Assembly (NCBI GenBank): GCA_951406725.2
Contig: OX597822.1
Span: forward strand, 32,488,001 to 32,552,000
Length of the DNA stretch: 64,000 nucleotides
Direction: 5' to 3'
Origin: Octopus vulgaris
Taxonomy: Eukaryota
The notes under the pieces were generated by a model that was not told where the DNA came from, did no database searches, and saw only the letters and a program-made list of their open reading frames with translations. The position numbers and the translations under genes were made by a program. Every line of letters starts with the position of its first letter. Position 1 is the first letter of the stretch. This document shows, in pieces, positions 58,404 to 64,000 of the stretch.

Positions 58404-59107
58404 TAATACATATATATATATAATATATGTATGTATATACATACATATATCCGCTGCCGTAGACATGCACACATATATCTATATATATATTTATATGTGT
58501 ATATACAAATAAAGGTACTTATAAATATATTGATATGTAGATTGATAAATAGAAAGATAGATACGGAAATAGCAAAAGTGTGTAAATATTCATATATTTA
58601 TGTTTATGCATGACTGTATTGATATATTGGAAAATGCCCAATCAATTAATTGATTTTACTACTCCATCAAAAATTGTTGGTTGTGTTCTCAAAGAAGTTC
58701 CTATTTCTATATTTTTAATATTTCTGTACGATCTAAAAAGAAATTTGATTTCCCGTTGTCCACTGCAGATAATTCACATACGTCTCCTCCTCCCTCGCCT
58801 TCGTCCTCATCATAATCTTCTTCTTTTTCCCCCTCACCCTGTCTCTGTCTTTCTTTTGTACTTCCCCCCCTCTACCTTTATCTAATTATGAATATCGTAT
58901 ACGTTTCAAAACGTTTATTTTCTTTCCTATTATTATCGCAATTTATACACTTTTATTGTACTAAATTTTAGTTGCTTTATATTTCATGTTTTACATTATC
59001 TTATATCGCCTGTTACTATTTTTAAATTGCCTTGTGGAAGTATTTTATCCATTTTCTTATTTATTTCACATTTTTTTACGTCTTTTCCCATTTACTGACG
59101 TATAGTA

Positions 59108-59108
<1 letters not shown>

Positions 59109-59195
<87 letters not shown>
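59109..59195. repeat. (TTA)n microsatellite
   Basis: Direct reading. Confidence 0.97.
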
Positions 59196-60370
59196 TTACT
59201 TTTCTGTACAAATGTACTGTCTTTAAGTAGTAAGATATTTTCTGTCTTCGAGCAGTAAAAGATTAAAACATTCCATGCCCTATTTTTCGGCGAATTTGGA
59301 ACTAGGGAATTGTATAGTCGTAGTATTATCCAAAACGTTATCTGTGTAAGATTTATAAAATGTTTTCAGCCGTTATCAGAACTTCTACTTCATGGTGCAT
59401 ACTAATACGATAACATTAGTGGCTTCTTCTGCATATGCACAATTCAGTGTGTAAGATATATGTTAGGATCGTACATGAAAGGAAATTATTCAAGCAGGTA
59501 TTCAAAAGTATCACGGCCTCGGTTATTCAGAAGCTTATATTTTGCTCTATTTTTCTTGTCCCGGTTAAAGAATATTGATTTCTGGCTTAGACATCAGAAA
59601 GGTCATAAATGGTTCAGAGTAAGGACGATGGTATTTATTGTTCATGCGTTATTGAAAGGATTAGCGATGCGACTGAAATACATAATATCACTTGACAATT
59701 GAAAACATCAGTGGGAAACAGAGGCAGTTGATCACATGGCTATCAACAAAAAGTCATATAAACTATAGATTCAGTTTGACACAAATGATGAAAGAAACGA
59801 AAAACATATAAAATAGATTCTACAAATATTTCATTCTGTGTATAACAGTCTAAGAAATATACGAATATTTGTCATGATCTTGTTTTGCTCTGTTCAGGCA
59901 CCTGTAATATGAGAAATGTATCCATAGTTTTGCTTTTGTCATTCAGTTCCTACGTTGTACACAATTTACTTCCATGTACACGGGCAAACACACACACACA
60001 CACACACATACACACACACACACACACACACTTATATACACACAACTATACTGTATTCAAATATATCAGAAAAATTACAAAACATTAATGTTTATAGCTC
60101 CTATGACGGGACCTGATGTGAGATATCTCGTTTGACTATAACTTCCACCTACAGAATTCCATTATCAATCGAACTATAAATCATAGCGTTTAGAATTTTA
60201 ACGGCATAAATTGATTCATTGAGCCTGGCTATTATTTCTAGCTGGCTAAATTTCTCTCAAGTAACTCTCTCCATGAGTCCTGAAATGCTTGCTTTGGAGT
60301 GGTAAGAGGAACAAACTGCTGAGCGTAACGTTCACTTACCTTTAACGTTTGTTATTTTCTCTATGTTTTT

Positions 60371-60650
60371 GTGGAGGTGCAATGGCCCAGTGGGTAGGGC
60401 AGCGGACTCACGGTCGAGGATCGCGGTTTCAATTCCCAGACCGGGCATTGTGTGTGTTTACTGAGCGAAAACATATGCAGCTCTACGAGGCTCTGGCAGG
60501 GGGTGGTGGTGACCCCTGTTGTACTCTTCCGCTCCAACTTTCTTCCTGTTTCTTGAGTAACGCTGCGATGGACTGGCGTCTCGTCCAGCTGGGGGGAATA
60601 CATACGCCACAAAAACCGGGAAACCGGGCCCATAAGCCTTGCTTGGCTTA
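60371..60650 (+). mobile_element. SINE family B
   Basis: Head like the 20302 copy, 3' half like the 38645 copy. Confidence 0.82.
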
Positions 60651-61217
60651 GAAAACAATTCTCTATCGATCTCGAAATTATGAAAGTCATCTTTGACATC
60701 AGCAAGAATTGAAGCACCAGTAGCGGCAAGAAATACAAAATAGCCAGTCCGGTGATCTACTCTGACTGCGAGGTTTTATTCCATTCATCATCAGACGTCT
60801 ATATGAGTTACTGCAAGAAGCCCTGTTGAAGAGTTCTAATTTCGATAGTCAAATGCACTTATTTTGTTATTTAATTTTCGAGTAAATAACCAACAAATAA
60901 TTTTGCCCTTTATTTCTTATCTTGCCATGAGAGATAATTTCCAATACTTGGAGTGAATTTAGTTGATCATATTAAATCCCAATAATACCTTAGAAGTTCT
61001 TGGCATTTTGCCCTGCTACACTCCAAATAGGGTTTTGCTGATAAGCTGATCGACACCAACAGAAGTAATAAGTTAATTTCAACCACACATTTAATATTTA
61101 ATTGCCCTTGTAGAAATGGATAAATATCCAAAACATAACACGCACACACACACGCACACACACACACACACATACGCACACACATACACAAGAGAGAGGC
61201 AGACATACGGCACACAC

Positions 61218-61244
<27 letters not shown>

Positions 61245-61250
<6 letters not shown>

Positions 61251-61550
61251 ATTTAGAGCATCTAAGAGATACCTCCACGCTGGAAATAGCAGCCAAAATT
61301 TGACTCTAAAAGCACATTAAATGTTCATACCGCTTCTGGTTCATACTGCACCAGAAGCGGTATGAACATTTAATGTGGTTTTAGAATCAAATGTTGGCTG
61401 CTATTTTCAGCGTGGAGGTATCTCTTCAATACCCTAAATTATAATTTTAATAATCATTATTACCTTAGAAGGTTTGTATTCCCATGCTGGCCACTTGATT
61501 AGATCGATAATTAAATTAACGATCTTATCCTCATTTATACAAATTTATAA

Positions 61551-61552
<2 letters not shown>
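61245..61552. mobile_element. Foldback with right-hand tail
   Basis: Arms ~61247-61340 / 61350-61443, 9-bp spacer, tail to ~61552. Confidence 0.78.
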
Positions 61553-61605
<53 letters not shown>

Positions 61606-61750
61606 ATATCCGTAGTAGGCTTTCGAGTTAGTAGGTATATATTAGAGGGAAAAGGACAACAACAAAAACTTAGGCAGGGCGAGTATCTCAAGTCATTTAG
61701 AATATTTAATTAGAGTAAGGTGAATTTGAATAAGTTAATTAATTATTGGA

Positions 61751-61828
61751 TGTCTTACAGATGTTTCTGGGATATCGCAAACGATAGATTAGAATCTCTG
61801 TATACTGGGTATTCTGTCGTTAGAGACA
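61751..61828 (-). ncRNA. Decayed hammerhead-like motif in the PLE 3' region
   Basis: UGUCU-CUAACGA-...-GAAA-CAUCUG-UA-AGACA; 5-bp stem I; G5-to-A change. Confidence 0.6.
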
Positions 61829-61915
61829 ATGTGAGTATGTATGAAAGTTCTAGATAAGGAATTCACATTTTGTAAAGGAATTAAATAGTTGATAGCGGAA
61901 TAACGATTAAAACAG

Positions 61916-61979
<64 letters not shown>

Positions 61980-62779
61980 AGAATACTGACTGGAGAATAA
62001 AGTTCACAGCTCGTTTTCTTCTTGTGGGTATGGAGGCAGAGGTATGTGTATAATCCCATGTAAATCCAAGCAGTATTTCGGCAGTATTTTGAATATTGAG
62101 TTCATTTTGAAGGAATCGATTAAATGGTTAGATCGTATGAAAATGGCCCACGTATGTATATAGTGTGAAAAGGACAGACATCATGATAAACAGATATGGG
62201 TTGTGAGTGATTGAATAGAAGAGAGAGTAAAGAAAATGAGAAATGAAAGGTATAAGATAGGCGCGGGAAAGAATGAATGAGAGCAAAAGTAAAATAGAAT
62301 CAAACATAAAGATAAATCTAAGATGCCAGTATTATTTATTAGGGTCGGTTCGATGTGAGAGGCCATGCATTAAGGTTTTGATAAAGTGGGGGAGGACGGC
62401 ATTTATGGCTATTAATTAAATAGATGAATTCTAAATTCGAGAGAATTGTTATTTCAGTAGTCTGTAAGGATAGCTAAAAATAGATTAAAGTAGTTACTTA
62501 ACTTAAGAGAGTATATATAGGATTAAAAATTAAATTGATAAAAGATAAAAAGATAAAATATTAAACACATATAAGATGAAAAAACAAAAGTTAACAATTT
62601 AAAATTATAGATTAAAATTTTAAAATGCTATTGCTGCTAAGCTAGCTTCTAAGATACTTATACTGATAGACGAAAGAAAAGAAAAATGTATGTTTATTGT
62701 AACAACTGTGGATGCATATATGCAAGTGTTATGTGTGTTGATTTTGCTTGCATTTGGACCTGTGTAAGAATCTAAAGGT

Positions 62780-63185
62780 GCGATAGAACTTATATTTACA
62801 TGTAGAGAATGCTTCGTTCTGTTTATTGAGTACTTGTGGTGAATCATGAATTACTATTTGGAGGGCTTTCTTAAGGCACAGTCCACATGTGGAGCGCTGG
62901 CCTTAGTATAAAGCAACATAATTTATTATAGATCAGGTTATCCTATATGGTATTTACCAACTGGTATATGTGGTTGGCTAGGGACGTGGATTTACTTTGC
63001 CCTTCATATTTAAATGAGTTAAGATGAAGAGAATATCTCTGATTAAAATTAATAGTAGACCCGAAGTAATGGTTAGTAGAATTGTGCAATATGTTGTGGA
63101 CAATGCAATTATATACCGCGTTAAGCCTTCTACAATGGGCTTGCAGCAGACAAGCGGTCCTGGATTGGCAGTTGCAGCTATATGC
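62780..63185 (-). pseudogene. PLE GIY-YIG endonuclease with upstream Cys-rich linker
   Basis: SCNCQSRTACLLQAHCRRLNAVYNCIVH...NHYFGSTINFNQRYSLHLNSFKY / LANHIYQL / IPYRIT*SII / STCGLCLKKALQI..VLNKQNEAFSTCKY. Confidence 0.88.
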
Positions 63186-63378
63186 TCTACGTGGTTTGCT
63201 TGTTTATTATTATTATTATTATTATCATTATTATTAGAATTATTGTTATTATTATTCTTATTATTATTATTACTATTTATTACTACTACTACTACTTCTA
63301 CGACAACTACTTCTACTTCTACTACTAATTCTACCACTACTTCTACTTCTACTATTTCTACTTCTACTACTACTATTT

Positions 63379-63428
<50 letters not shown>

Positions 63429-63640
63429 AGGCAGCGCGCTGGTAGAATCGTTAGCACGACCGGCGAAATGCTTAGCGGTATTTCGTCTGCCGCAACCTTC
63501 TCATTTCAAATTCCACCGCGGTCGACTTTGCCTTTCATCCTTTCGGGTCGATAAGTTAAGTACCAGTGTCACACTGGAGTCGATGAAATCAACTATCCAC
63601 TTCCCCCAAATTTCAGGCCTTGTGCCATTAGTAGAAAGAA
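63429..63640 (+). mobile_element. SINE family C inserted in (CTA)/(TTA) repeats inside the PLE
   Basis: GGCAGCGCGCTGGTAGAATCGTTAGCACG head, GACTTTGCCTTTCATCCTTTCGGGTCGATAAG core, (TTA)n tail. Confidence 0.85.
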
Positions 63641-63691
63641 TTATTATTATTATTATTATTATATAATTATTATTAGAATTATTATTATTAT

Positions 63692-63730
<39 letters not shown>

Positions 63731-64000
63731 CTGCAGCAGCAGCAGCATTAGCGCTGTTAGTAACATTCGTTTTAGCAGTACTCTGACTTTCCTCGGAATC
63801 GAAGATATTCGTATACTGTTTTATGCTGCTTATAATGCTATGGTTACGGGTGTGGTATATGCTATCATGGTCGGTGTTTGAGTTGTGGCTTCTGTGACCT
63901 ACGTTATGATAATATATATTTTGATTGCTCTGCCTTTAGACGTTATTTAGGTCGTAGGAATTAAGTTTAGGCTTATTAGATGAGGTAAAAATAGATTTTA

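Larger units (their letters stand above)
61602..64000 (-). mobile_element. Penelope-like retroelement 3' portion (runs off the window)
   Basis: Order on the minus strand: low-complexity Asn/Thr linker, Cys linker plus GIY-YIG, pyrimidine-rich UTR, hammerhead-like motif, (TA)n. Confidence 0.78.

Overview
Very AT-rich, microsatellite-saturated eukaryotic DNA with no host gene that I can support. The SINE families suggest an octopus or other coleoid cephalopod (inference). Nearly all long ORFs in the track are translations of (TA)n, (CA)n or (TTA)n repeats. The window is a dense collection of mobile-element remnants: CR1-group LINE fragments, three SINE families, Helitrons (one complete non-autonomous copy, a helicase remnant and an STPR-repeat N-terminus), a full-length DD36E Tc1 element, MITEs, a hAT remnant and an RLE-type non-LTR 3' end. 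The most interesting signal is about a dozen short foldback or inverted-repeat elements in (TA)n runs, usually with an unpaired tail on one side. Many carry type I hammerhead ribozyme motifs (CUGANGA / stem II / GAAA / palindromic stem III / NUH). Five distinct motifs have an intact core, two of them mirrored on both strands, and several more are decayed. Two GIY-YIG endonuclease remnants lie about 1 kb upstream of such motifs on the same strand. This identifies the system as Penelope-like retroelements (PLEs) and their ribozyme-bearing pLTR derivatives. All calls were made by eye, and many boundaries are approximate.
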